NCBI GenBank assembly: GCA_020848595.1
Contig: JADLHV010000099.1
Location: forward strand, 1-27,809
Direction of reading: 5' to 3'
Length of the DNA stretch: 27,809 nt
From: Bacteroidia bacterium
Lineage (GTDB): Bacteria; Bacteroidota; Bacteroidia; NS11-12g; UBA955
The position numbers and the translations under genes are program-made. Positions within the stretch are counted from its first letter, which is position 1. Every line of letters begins with the position of its first letter. Positions 15,191-23,879 of this stretch are shown one piece after another. The notes under the pieces were generated by a model. That model saw only the letters and a list, made by a program, of their open reading frames with translations. It had not been told where the DNA came from and did no database searches.

Positions 15191-16609
15191 ATGAAAAAAC
15201 GGTTTTCTTCTCTTAAAGAAGTTCAAAAATCCATTTCAGATGCAAGTATTACTTTGCCTGAATTGGTGCGTTACTACCTCTCGAATATTGAAGCAAATAA
15301 GCATCTTAACGCTTTTTTAGAGGTTTTTGATGAAGAAGCAATTGCTCAATCTGAAATAATTCAAGAAAAAATACTTTCTGGAACCGCCGGTAAATTAGCC
15401 GGAATGGTCATTGCAATTAAAGACAATATTGTTTACAAAGACCATGAATGCAATGCCTCATCACAAATTTTAGTTGGTTTCAAATCTCTCTTCTCTTCAA
15501 CTGTTGTTGAAAGACTCATTGATGCCGATGCCATTATTATTGGCCGCACGAATTGCGATGAATTTGCAATGGGCGCTAGTAATGAAAACTCTTCCTTTGG
15601 ACCAGTCCTTAATGCTATCGATACTACCCGAGTACCAGGAGGAAGCAGTGGCGGCAGTGCTGTAGCTGTTCAAGCTGACTTATGTTTAGCTTCTCTTGGA
15701 AGTGATACAGGAGGCTCTATTCGTCAACCAGCTGCTTTTACAGGCATATACGGCATGTATCCAACTTATGGCTCAGTAAGTCGATGGGGCTTAATTGCAT
15801 TTGCAAGCAGTCTCGACCAAATCGGTCCATTTACTGCATCTCCATCAGATATGGCCCTAATTCTCAATGTTATCGGGGGTACAGACGAGCACGATGCAAC
15901 CATGATTCAAAGCCACCACTTTGATATTCATCCAGACAAACCAGTTGGAAATCTTAAAATTGCATATATAAAAGATTGTGTTGAACATCCTGGACTAGAC
16001 CCTGAAATCAAATCTGCAACAGAGCAATTCATAAATACGCTACAAGCAAATGGCCATACTGTAAACGGAATAGATTTTCCTTATCTTAATCAAATGGTAC
16101 CTTGCTATCAAGTACTTACCACTGCAGAAGCAAGTAGTAACTTAAGCCGTTTCTCTGGTTTAACTTTTGGATATAGAAGTCCTGATGCAATTGATTTAGA
16201 AAGCACTTTTAAAAAATCGCGCACTCAAGGTTTTGGACCTGAAGTAAAGAGACGTATTATGCTTGGCACATTCGTTCTTACAAGCGATTTTTATGACGCT
16301 TATTATACAAAAGCTCAAAAAATACGTCGTCTTATTCGCAATAAAACGATGGATATTTTTAAAGATTACGATATCATTTTAACTCCGACAACTTCAACTG
16401 TCGCATTTAAAATAGGCGAAAAATCAAGTAATCCAATCGCTATGTACTTAGCTGATTTATTTACTGTTCAAGCTAATCTTGCTGGTATACCTGGATTATC
16501 CCTACCGCACTCTACACATTCTGAAAATAAAATGCCTATTGGTATGCAAATTATGAGTGGCCCTCTAAATGAAGCCATATTAATCCAATTGGCTAATTCA
16601 CTCCTATAA
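15191..16609 (+). CDS. gatA: Asp-tRNA(Asn)/Glu-tRNA(Gln) amidotransferase subunit A
   Basis: IAIKDNI, GRTNCDEFAMG, amidase signature GGSSGGSA and GSDTGGSIRQPA, GPEVKRRIMLGTFVL. Start at ATG 15191 or TTG 15188. Confidence 0.95.
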   Translation: MKKRFSSLKEVQKSISDASITLPELVRYYLSNIEANKHLNAFLEVFDEEAIAQSEIIQEKILSGTAGKLAGMVIAIKDNIVYKDHECNASSQILVGFKSLFSSTVVERLIDADAIIIGRTNCDEFAMGASNENSSFGPVLNAIDTTRVPGGSSGGSAVAVQADLCLASLGSDTGGSIRQPAAFTGIYGMYPTYGSVSRWGLIAFASSLDQIGPFTASPSDMALILNVIGGTDEHDATMIQSHHFDIHPDKPVGNLKIAYIKDCVEHPGLDPEIKSATEQFINTLQANGHTVNGIDFPYLNQMVPCYQVLTTAEASSNLSRFSGLTFGYRSPDAIDLESTFKKSRTQGFGPEVKRRIMLGTFVLTSDFYDAYYTKAQKIRRLIRNKTMDIFKDYDIILTPTTSTVAFKIGEKSSNPIAMYLADLFTVQANLAGIPGLSLPHSTHSENKMPIGMQIMSGPLNEAILIQLANSLL

Positions 16610-16692
16610 TTTCATTTCTATTAACATTGTCAATGTTGAGTCAAAATATTGAACCAACACAAACAGTGTAAAAATATTCAAAGTAGTATCCA

Positions 16693-16700
16693 TATCTTTG
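16693..16700 (+). promoter_or_regulatory. -7 box TATCTTTG
   Basis: Exact consensus 7 nt upstream of the TTG at 16708. Confidence 0.5.
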
Positions 16701-16707
16701 TATCAAT

Positions 16708-19700
16708 TTGAGGCTGAAACATTATATATATTTACTATTTTGTGCATTATACTTTTGTTTTGCATCTGAAACATTTGCTCAAGGAACCCTTAATTTCCCT
16801 CGCACAGAATGTTTCAAAAATGTCACTCAGTTCAGTTACACACCTGCATCTGGTTTAAGTTTAAGTTCGGCAACATGGAATTTTGGCGATGGCTCTAGCT
16901 CCAATAGCAATACGCCTCAATACATTTATAAAAAGACTGGCACCTATTGGGTAAAAATATCTGCTAATTTAAGTAATGGCAGCAGCATAACAGACTCTGC
17001 AAGCATCACTATAGTTCCTTTACCCATTGCTAATTTTGATTTGCTATCAACTAGCGATACTTGTATCAATAATAATAATATATGCTTAAGAGAAACCAGT
17101 GTACCTGGTCAAAATGGTCAAACTATCGTTAATCGACTTGCGGTATGGGGTGATGGCAAATTCGATAATCAAGCTAATCCAAACAATGGTCAATCCTATT
17201 GCCACAGATACAGTCAAGTAGATAAATACTTAATAAAAATAGAGGTAACCGATAAATATGGTTGTAAAGCAACTAAATCGCGTTTCATAACTATTTTAGA
17301 ACAAACTGACGCAAAGTTTAGTGTTAGTAATCCATTTAAAGATTGTGACACAAAATTGATTTGTATAAAAAATCAAAGTACAGGTAAAAACAAAGCTTTT
17401 GCTAAGTATTATTGGGATTTAAGCAAATATCCTCAGGATACAAATCGACATTTCAGTAGCCAAAAATGCTTTGAATATAAAGGTTCACAAAATGGAACAA
17501 TAAAGTTAAACGTCATAGATGCGAATGGATGCGTTGATTCGACTAAATATAATTTTTCTTTTACAATAGACCCACTGCCAAAAAAGCTAGAATTAAGTGA
17601 TAGTGTGGCGTGTTACAGTCAAAAAAATCAAATAAAAGCCTTTATTAATCCAAACATTTATACTTATGACAACATGATTTGGTTGTTAGATGGTGTAAAT
17701 ATTGGAGCAACGCCAAATTCTCCTTTAAGTTTTACGCCCAAAACTTTAGCAATATTACCTGGATTACACACCATAACATGTCAGATAATTAGGGGCACTT
17801 GCACAACTAGTTTAAGTAGAAAACTAACCATTCATGGACCAATTGCTCAATTTAAAGTATACGAAGACAATCAATGTTTCACTAATAGAAAAGTTTCCTT
17901 TGTTGATAGTTCATTGTATTTAAATCGCAAAACTGCTCAATATTTTTGGACCATCTATGATGATTCGGCGCCTCGATGTACAACCGATCGAGTGAATAAT
18001 CAAAATGTTGGAAGTAACTGCATTTATTCTACAGATTATTTCCATTCACATTATTTTAAAAGCCAATCCACAACATATAAAATATCATTTAAGGTTAAAG
18101 ATCCTGCAACGGGCTGTACAGACTCTTTAACAAGAATAATCTCAGTTAGGGAATGTAGTCCTTTATTATCTATTGATACATTTAATTTATGTCAAGGCGA
18201 AATCTTCGGAGACATCAATGCTAAATTAAACCCTAAATTTGTTAGTTTAGACTCAGGGAAAACATGGAATAAATTTCCTATTAGACCTGATAAAAAACTA
18301 CATGGGCTGATAGATGTTGGATTTATTTTTGAAACGGTATTGCCTGAATGGGTTCAACATTACAACGATGATTCTATCAAAATAAGAAAAGATACACTTA
18401 AATTATACGACACTATTTGGAAAAAGCCTTATTTAAATATTCATTCTATCAATCAAGATAGTGTTACTTTTATAAAATACGGTCGATGCAATCCTTTCAG
18501 GGCAACAGTTAAATTTGCGGATGGAAAGTTTTATGCTGGCCAAACGCTTAGTATAGATTGGGGTAACGGCATTTCGGATTTAATATATTTTGACAAAGAC
18601 TCTACACTAGATTCATTGCATTATGTTTTCAAATCAACTAGTGTTAGTTCCATTATAAAACTAAAAGTAAGCAATGAATATGGCTGTAATAGAGAAGCTT
18701 CCACCATATTCAAAGCTGGAAAAATTATTAGTATTCAAAATCAAGTTGAATATTACTGCTCGCCAGAAGTAGTCTGTCTTAAACTCAAAATCACCGATTT
18801 CTATCACAATATTAATTGGGGAGCCAGCGATTTAAATAAATACGTAAAAATTGAGTTTCCAGACACAAATGGCTTAGCACCAGGCGATCAAAGTTGTCAT
18901 TTCTTTAAATCTCCGGGAACAAACATTTATCGCATTTTTGTAACCGATGAATTCAATTGTAATGACACCATTATTGATTCTGTATTCGTTCAAAATTTAC
19001 GAGCAAATATTAAGTACAATTCGAGATTTATTTATTGCAATGAATTAAAACAACTTTTTGACTCAACTAATTTCATCAAATACCCAGGAGAAAGTATAAC
19101 ATATTATAATTGGGATTTTGGTTCTGGTACATTTACAAATCCAGTAATTAACCCTTTTAAATCTATTACAACATCTGCAGACGAAATCAATGTTGTTCAT
19201 GTTGTAAAAACGAAATTAGGATGTGTAGATACTTTAATTTACAAATTGACTGTAATAGGCTCAAAACCTTATTTTATTATTCCGGATACTATCGCTTGTA
19301 ATTCTCTAGAGGCTATATTTAAAAACCTTTCATATAATTGCGCAGGCTATATTTGGGAATTTGGAGATGAAAATCAAACCATTTTACCTGAATTCAGCAA
19401 AAAAGATGTTTCATTCAAATATTTAAAACCTGGACGTTATCAGATAAAACTCAATGGATATGACTCTATATACAATCCAGCTACCAACAGTAAATATTTC
19501 TGTAATACTGTTTTCCCAGACCCCGATTTTCAAAAAGACTCTATACGTGCGGTAGTTGTTCTGCCACAAGGCAATACAGCTATTATAAGTCAAGATACTG
19601 TTTGTGTTGACGCTCAAGTAGAATTCATTAGTAAAAGCGACCCATTTTATGATTTAGACAGTTGGCTTTTCACTTACAACAATTATATTAAACCACCGGG

Positions 19701-20385
19701 TGATACGGTTATTTACTCATGGCCACAAATTGGAAAATACGATATTTATTTATTTCCTAAGTTTTTGAATTCACGTTATGATTTACTTTGCGATGATAGT
19801 GCGAAAAAAACAATCGTAGTAGTTGATGTTAATGCAGACTTTAAACTTGACCAAAATAGCAAATTACCATTGGTTCAGTTCATTAATACTACTAATCCAA
19901 TAAACTCTAACATGCTATGGCAGTTTGATACAAGCGTTTTTACACCTGATAATTTCTCAAATGAAATCCACCCAAGTCACAATTATGGCTACTCTTTAGG
20001 TGAATTTACAGCTTGTTTAATTGCCAGTTCTCGATTTGGTTGTCAAGACACTACTTGTAAAAAAGTCTCGAACGACCAATTTATCGACTTTATGATATTT
20101 AATGTTTTTACTCCTGGTAACTTAGACGGTAAGAACGACGCTTACGATATCATCATTAAAGGAGAAGAAACCTACCATTTAAGAATTTATGATCGTTGGG
20201 GCGTACTTGTTTATGAGAGTGAAGAAGATGGAGACGATAGCAACAACGTCAATTGGAATGGACGTTTATTTAATGAAGGCCCCGAATGTCCTCCAGGAAC
20301 TTATTACTATATTTTTGATTATACCTTATTAGCTGACCCAGGCAAACAAGAAACGATTAATGGTACAGTTACTTTAATTAGATAA
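16708..20385 (+). CDS. Large PKD-repeat surface protein with T9SS type B (gliding motility-associated) CTD
   Basis: Signal peptide; PKD motifs WNFGDG, WGDG, WDFGSG, WEFGDE; many GC pairs; CTD FNVFTPGN.DGKND...IYDRWG...WNG...GTVTLIR. Confidence 0.85.
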   Translation: MRLKHYIYLLFCALYFCFASETFAQGTLNFPRTECFKNVTQFSYTPASGLSLSSATWNFGDGSSSNSNTPQYIYKKTGTYWVKISANLSNGSSITDSASITIVPLPIANFDLLSTSDTCINNNNICLRETSVPGQNGQTIVNRLAVWGDGKFDNQANPNNGQSYCHRYSQVDKYLIKIEVTDKYGCKATKSRFITILEQTDAKFSVSNPFKDCDTKLICIKNQSTGKNKAFAKYYWDLSKYPQDTNRHFSSQKCFEYKGSQNGTIKLNVIDANGCVDSTKYNFSFTIDPLPKKLELSDSVACYSQKNQIKAFINPNIYTYDNMIWLLDGVNIGATPNSPLSFTPKTLAILPGLHTITCQIIRGTCTTSLSRKLTIHGPIAQFKVYEDNQCFTNRKVSFVDSSLYLNRKTAQYFWTIYDDSAPRCTTDRVNNQNVGSNCIYSTDYFHSHYFKSQSTTYKISFKVKDPATGCTDSLTRIISVRECSPLLSIDTFNLCQGEIFGDINAKLNPKFVSLDSGKTWNKFPIRPDKKLHGLIDVGFIFETVLPEWVQHYNDDSIKIRKDTLKLYDTIWKKPYLNIHSINQDSVTFIKYGRCNPFRATVKFADGKFYAGQTLSIDWGNGISDLIYFDKDSTLDSLHYVFKSTSVSSIIKLKVSNEYGCNREASTIFKAGKIISIQNQVEYYCSPEVVCLKLKITDFYHNINWGASDLNKYVKIEFPDTNGLAPGDQSCHFFKSPGTNIYRIFVTDEFNCNDTIIDSVFVQNLRANIKYNSRFIYCNELKQLFDSTNFIKYPGESITYYNWDFGSGTFTNPVINPFKSITTSADEINVVHVVKTKLGCVDTLIYKLTVIGSKPYFIIPDTIACNSLEAIFKNLSYNCAGYIWEFGDENQTILPEFSKKDVSFKYLKPGRYQIKLNGYDSIYNPATNSKYFCNTVFPDPDFQKDSIRAVVVLPQGNTAIISQDTVCVDAQVEFISKSDPFYDLDSWLFTYNNYIKPPGDTVIYSWPQIGKYDIYLFPKFLNSRYDLLCDDSAKKTIVVVDVNADFKLDQNSKLPLVQFINTTNPINSNMLWQFDTSVFTPDNFSNEIHPSHNYGYSLGEFTACLIASSRFGCQDTTCKKVSNDQFIDFMIFNVFTPGNLDGKNDAYDIIIKGEETYHLRIYDRWGVLVYESEEDGDDSNNVNWNGRLFNEGPECPPGTYYYIFDYTLLADPGKQETINGTVTLIR

Positions 20386-20391
20386 ATAGAC

Positions 20392-21192
20392 TTAACTTTT
20401 ATTTGCTAATCTTTGACGTCTCGCTTCATAAATCATTATTGCAGCAGCCACCGATACATTCATACTATCAATTTTACCTAACATTGGTACTTTTACGTTT
20501 TTATCGGCAAATTCTATCCATTCTTGACTTGCACCTGTAGCTTCAGTACCAACAACGAGTGCAGAAGGACCTGTATAATCTTCATTAAAATAATCGCTTG
20601 CTTGATGTAAATTTGAGCAAAACACCTGAACATGCTTTGATTTCAACCAAGTTCTAGCTTCTTCACCAGTGCACACTGCAATAGGTACTGTAAAAATAGT
20701 CCCTAAGCTTGCTCGAATAATATTTGGATTATATAAGTCTCCGGGCAAATCACAACAAATAACAGCATCAATTGCCGACGCATCTGCTGTTCTAAGCATA
20801 GCACCAAGATTTCCCGGTTTTTCGACGCCATCGATAACCAAGATTAAAGGTGAAGTATTTAAATTTAAATCCTTAGGTTTTAATAATTTTGTTTTTACTA
20901 AAGCCAATACTCCACCAGTACTTTCTCGGTAACTTAATTTAGAAAACACATCACGACTTAAGGAATAAGCCATCAAATCAGGAAAATTAGCAGTTAATTC
21001 CTTTAAAAAAATCTCATTGGCAATTTCAGGAACATAATAAATAGAATCAAATTCAACACCAGCAGACGAGGCCATTTCCAGTTCTTTAACCCCTTCCACC
21101 AATGAAACACCAAGCGATTTTCTGACCTTAGGTTTATCTAGGCTCAGCAGCATTTTAACTTTTGGATTAGAAATGCTTGTTATGTGAGTTAT
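20392..21192 (-). CDS. TrmH/SpoU family RNA 2'-O-methyltransferase
   Basis: VEKPGNLGAMLRTADA, VGTE, VPMLGKIDSMNVSVAAAI. The conserved ITSISNPKVK lies upstream of the first ATG (21153), so the start is uncertain (ATA 21192 or ATC 21201). Confidence 0.88.
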   Translation of the reverse strand: MTHITSISNPKVKMLLSLDKPKVRKSLGVSLVEGVKELEMASSAGVEFDSIYYVPEIANEIFLKELTANFPDLMAYSLSRDVFSKLSYRESTGGVLALVKTKLLKPKDLNLNTSPLILVIDGVEKPGNLGAMLRTADASAIDAVICCDLPGDLYNPNIIRASLGTIFTVPIAVCTGEEARTWLKSKHVQVFCSNLHQASDYFNEDYTGPSALVVGTEATGASQEWIEFADKNVKVPMLGKIDSMNVSVAAAIMIYEARRQRLANKS

Positions 21193-21205
21193 AGGCTTGA
21201 TAGAT

Positions 21206-22201
21206 TTAAAGTTTTAAGAAATTACTTACTGAGCCCGAAAAAATCTTTGCTTTATCAGAATCAGAGATATTTGGATTTTCTAAAATAAACTTACCATGTT
21301 CTAAGTCGCCTAAAGGAAAAGGATAATCTGTGCCATAGCATATTTTATCGGCAGAAAACAAATCTAAAAGATATTCAAAAGATTTAGAATCGTGGGTTAT
21401 TCCGTCGACCCAAAACTTACCGATATAATCTTTAGGATTGTGCACATCATTCAGATTTACTAAATCTGGGCGTACAGACCAACCATGAGCAATTCTTCCT
21501 AAAGTAAAAGGGAACGAACCACCAGCATGAGCAAACATGACTCTCAAATTTGGGAACTTATCAAAGATTCCACCGAAGATCATACTACAAATAGCACGAC
21601 TAGTTTCGGCGGGCATACCAACTAACCAAGGTAACCAGAATTTTTTTATAAACTCTTCACCCATCATTTCCCAAGGATGGATAAACAAAGCCATGTCAAG
21701 GTCTTGTAAGGCTGCGTAAAAAGGAAGAAACCGTTCATCATCTAAATTTACATTATTGATATTAGACCCTATTTGAACGCCTCTAACACCCATAGTTTTT
21801 AATCTTTCCAGTTCTTTAATAGAAAGTTCTACGTCTTGCATAGGCAATGTACCTAAAGCAATAAACTTATCGGGAAAATCTTCTTGAACTTTGGCTATAT
21901 GATCATTTAAAAATGCCGCCCACCAAGCAGTATCCTTAGGTTTTGCCCAATAGTTAAACAAAACAGGAACAGTACATAAAACCATTTTATCGACATCATT
22001 AGCAGACATATCCCATAAAATTGCTTCAGGATTAAAACAATTCTCCTCAACACGTCTAAAGAAATGACCATCATCTCGCATCATTTTAGCTGTTTTAGTC
22101 TTTTCTTCATGATCTAGATAAATGAATCCCCCATATCCAAATTTATATTTTAGATCGGGCCAAGTAGCCGGCATGATATGCGCGTGACAATCAATTTTCA
22201 T
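21206..22201 (-). CDS. Amidohydrolase-family decarboxylase, ACMSD-like (2-amino-3-carboxymuconate-6-semialdehyde decarboxylase)
   Basis: IDCHAH metal motif, GTLPMQD, FIHPW, WLPWLVGMPAET, AHAGGSFP, GTDYPFPLG. Confidence 0.85.
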   Translation of the reverse strand: MKIDCHAHIMPATWPDLKYKFGYGGFIYLDHEEKTKTAKMMRDDGHFFRRVEENCFNPEAILWDMSANDVDKMVLCTVPVLFNYWAKPKDTAWWAAFLNDHIAKVQEDFPDKFIALGTLPMQDVELSIKELERLKTMGVRGVQIGSNINNVNLDDERFLPFYAALQDLDMALFIHPWEMMGEEFIKKFWLPWLVGMPAETSRAICSMIFGGIFDKFPNLRVMFAHAGGSFPFTLGRIAHGWSVRPDLVNLNDVHNPKDYIGKFWVDGITHDSKSFEYLLDLFSADKICYGTDYPFPLGDLEHGKFILENPNISDSDKAKIFSGSVSNFLKL

Positions 22202-22206
22202 CTGCG

Positions 22207-22214
22207 CAAAATTA
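22207..22214 (-). promoter_or_regulatory. -7 box TAATTTTG overlapping the upstream gene's stop codon
   Basis: Exact consensus 5 nt upstream of the ATG at 22201. Confidence 0.5.
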
Positions 22215-22694
22215 GAGAATACTGATAACTTTTTCTAAAATATGGTGCACAGCTGGACAAACCATCGAATTTGCCATGGTTAATTGCTTGCGTTTAACAA
22301 ATACATCTTCGTCTGTATAAGGATATCGAGCACAATCGGATGGTCGGACATCGTATATTTTACAAGAATTATCCGAATTTAAGAATACACATGGCGTACG
22401 TTTCAAAACCATATCATTGTCTTCATCCAAACTTAAGTATTGATCCATAAATTGAGATTCTTTCAATCCCAAATATTTACTAATCCTTTTAATGTCTGTT
22501 GTTTTAAACGTAGGACTATGATTTTTACAGCAGTTAGCACAATCAAGACAATTAATCTTAGAGAAAGCTTCCTCGTGCAAATCTGGCAATTGTCTTATCA
22601 ATTCTGCCGGTTTAACAGAATTCAGAAATCGAGCATACACCTTTTTATTATCCTTAGACTTTCTTTTCCAAGAAGGTTCTGTGCTCCAATCCAT
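22212..22694 (-). CDS. YkgJ family cysteine-cluster protein
   Basis: CLDCANCC, PCVFL, CKIYDVRPSDCARYP, C-terminal CP. Confidence 0.88.
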   Translation of the reverse strand: MDWSTEPSWKRKSKDNKKVYARFLNSVKPAELIRQLPDLHEEAFSKINCLDCANCCKNHSPTFKTTDIKRISKYLGLKESQFMDQYLSLDEDNDMVLKRTPCVFLNSDNSCKIYDVRPSDCARYPYTDEDVFVKRKQLTMANSMVCPAVHHILEKVISIL

Positions 22695-22695
22695 T

Positions 22696-23430
22696 TTAAA
22701 TAATTCGTTTAATGGCTATAGTTTTATAGGCTAATTGCCCATCGACAATAAGACCTTCCTCAGTTAATTCGTTGATACGAACTCGAGCACCTGCGTGAAT
22801 GACTTTTTTATTATCTATGACGATTCCAACATGCACTACTTTTTCTGTATTAATTCGAGAGAAAAAAACCAAATCACAAGGAGCATGTTCCGAATAATTC
22901 ACTAGAGTACCAGTAGATATTTGAGCAGCAGTATCTCTCGGCAAATCGAAACCATTTACTTTATAAACCACTTGAACTAAACCTGAACAATCGATACCCA
23001 TAAAAGAGCGACCTCCCCATAGATATGGCGCATTTAAGAAAGACTTTGCCGTGTTTAAAATTCTTAGTCTTAATGGCAAATGATGATTTGTTTTAACTTT
23101 TTGAATTATGGCATATGACTGACCATCAATGATAAACTTTCCATTTTCAGGAATCTTACCTCCACAAGGGATAAAAAACTTAGCACCATTCGAAGCGGCT
23201 TCTAGATAGAGTGCATCGACAAGTTGATTAAAATCAATAAAAACAGAATAACCTGCTTTACTTATCCAACCTTCATAAGCATCTAAATCAACACGCACAA
23301 ACAACCAATCATTATCTTCATTAATGACTTCATAAGACTCACCAAATAAAATAGAATTAACCATTTCGGCGTCTGAATGCGGTTTAGAACGCATTGGAAG
23401 AAAAGGGACCAAACAAGTACCTTTATTCAT
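22696..23430 (-). CDS. C40 (NlpC/P60) peptidase with N-terminal SH3-like domain, YkfC-like
   Basis: LFGE/YEGWI SH3b-type region; PYLWGG, GIDCSGLVQ catalytic Cys, HVGI His; no signal peptide. Confidence 0.9.
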   Translation of the reverse strand: MNKGTCLVPFLPMRSKPHSDAEMVNSILFGESYEVINEDNDWLFVRVDLDAYEGWISKAGYSVFIDFNQLVDALYLEAASNGAKFFIPCGGKIPENGKFIIDGQSYAIIQKVKTNHHLPLRLRILNTAKSFLNAPYLWGGRSFMGIDCSGLVQVVYKVNGFDLPRDTAAQISTGTLVNYSEHAPCDLVFFSRINTEKVVHVGIVIDNKKVIHAGARVRINELTEEGLIVDGQLAYKTIAIKRII

Positions 23431-23777
23431 TAGATGTGAAGTCTAGATTTCCTATCTAGAAGTATCTCTTCAGATTCTACTCTATCAGGATCAGGAACAC
23501 AACAATCTACAGGACAAACAGCAGCACATTGTGGTTCTTCATGAAAGCCCATACATTCTGTGCATTTATCTGGAACAATATAATAGACCTCATCACTTAT
23601 AGGAGCAAATTTTTGGTCGACGTCTACCATATCACCATTACTCAATTTATAAGACCCTTCTACGCTTGTTCCATCTTTAACTTTCCATTCCACACCACTT
23701 TCATAAATAGCGTTGTTTGGACATTCTGGTTCACAAGCCCCACAATTAATACATTCGTCAGTGATTATTATTGCCAT
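23430..23777 (-). CDS. 4Fe-4S dicluster ferredoxin (YfhL-like)
   Basis: [20 protein letters not shown] and [22 protein letters not shown]; start set at ATG 23777. Confidence 0.92.
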   Translation of the reverse strand: MAIIITDECINCGACEPECPNNAIYESGVEWKVKDGTSVEGSYKLSNGDMVDVDQKFAPISDEVYYIVPDKCTECMGFHEEPQCAAVCPVDCCVPDPDRVESEEILLDRKSRLHI

Positions 23778-23879
23778 AAGATTATGCAGCAAATTTCGAT
23801 AAAATTAATTTCTAATACAATGATGCTTATTAGACTTTATAAGAATATTTATTTTATCTATAACACTATAGACAAACCC

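Noticed and set aside
23778-23792. MLHNL extension of the ferredoxin
   Set aside because: The family starts at MAIII, and the extension overlaps a promoter-like GAAATTTG
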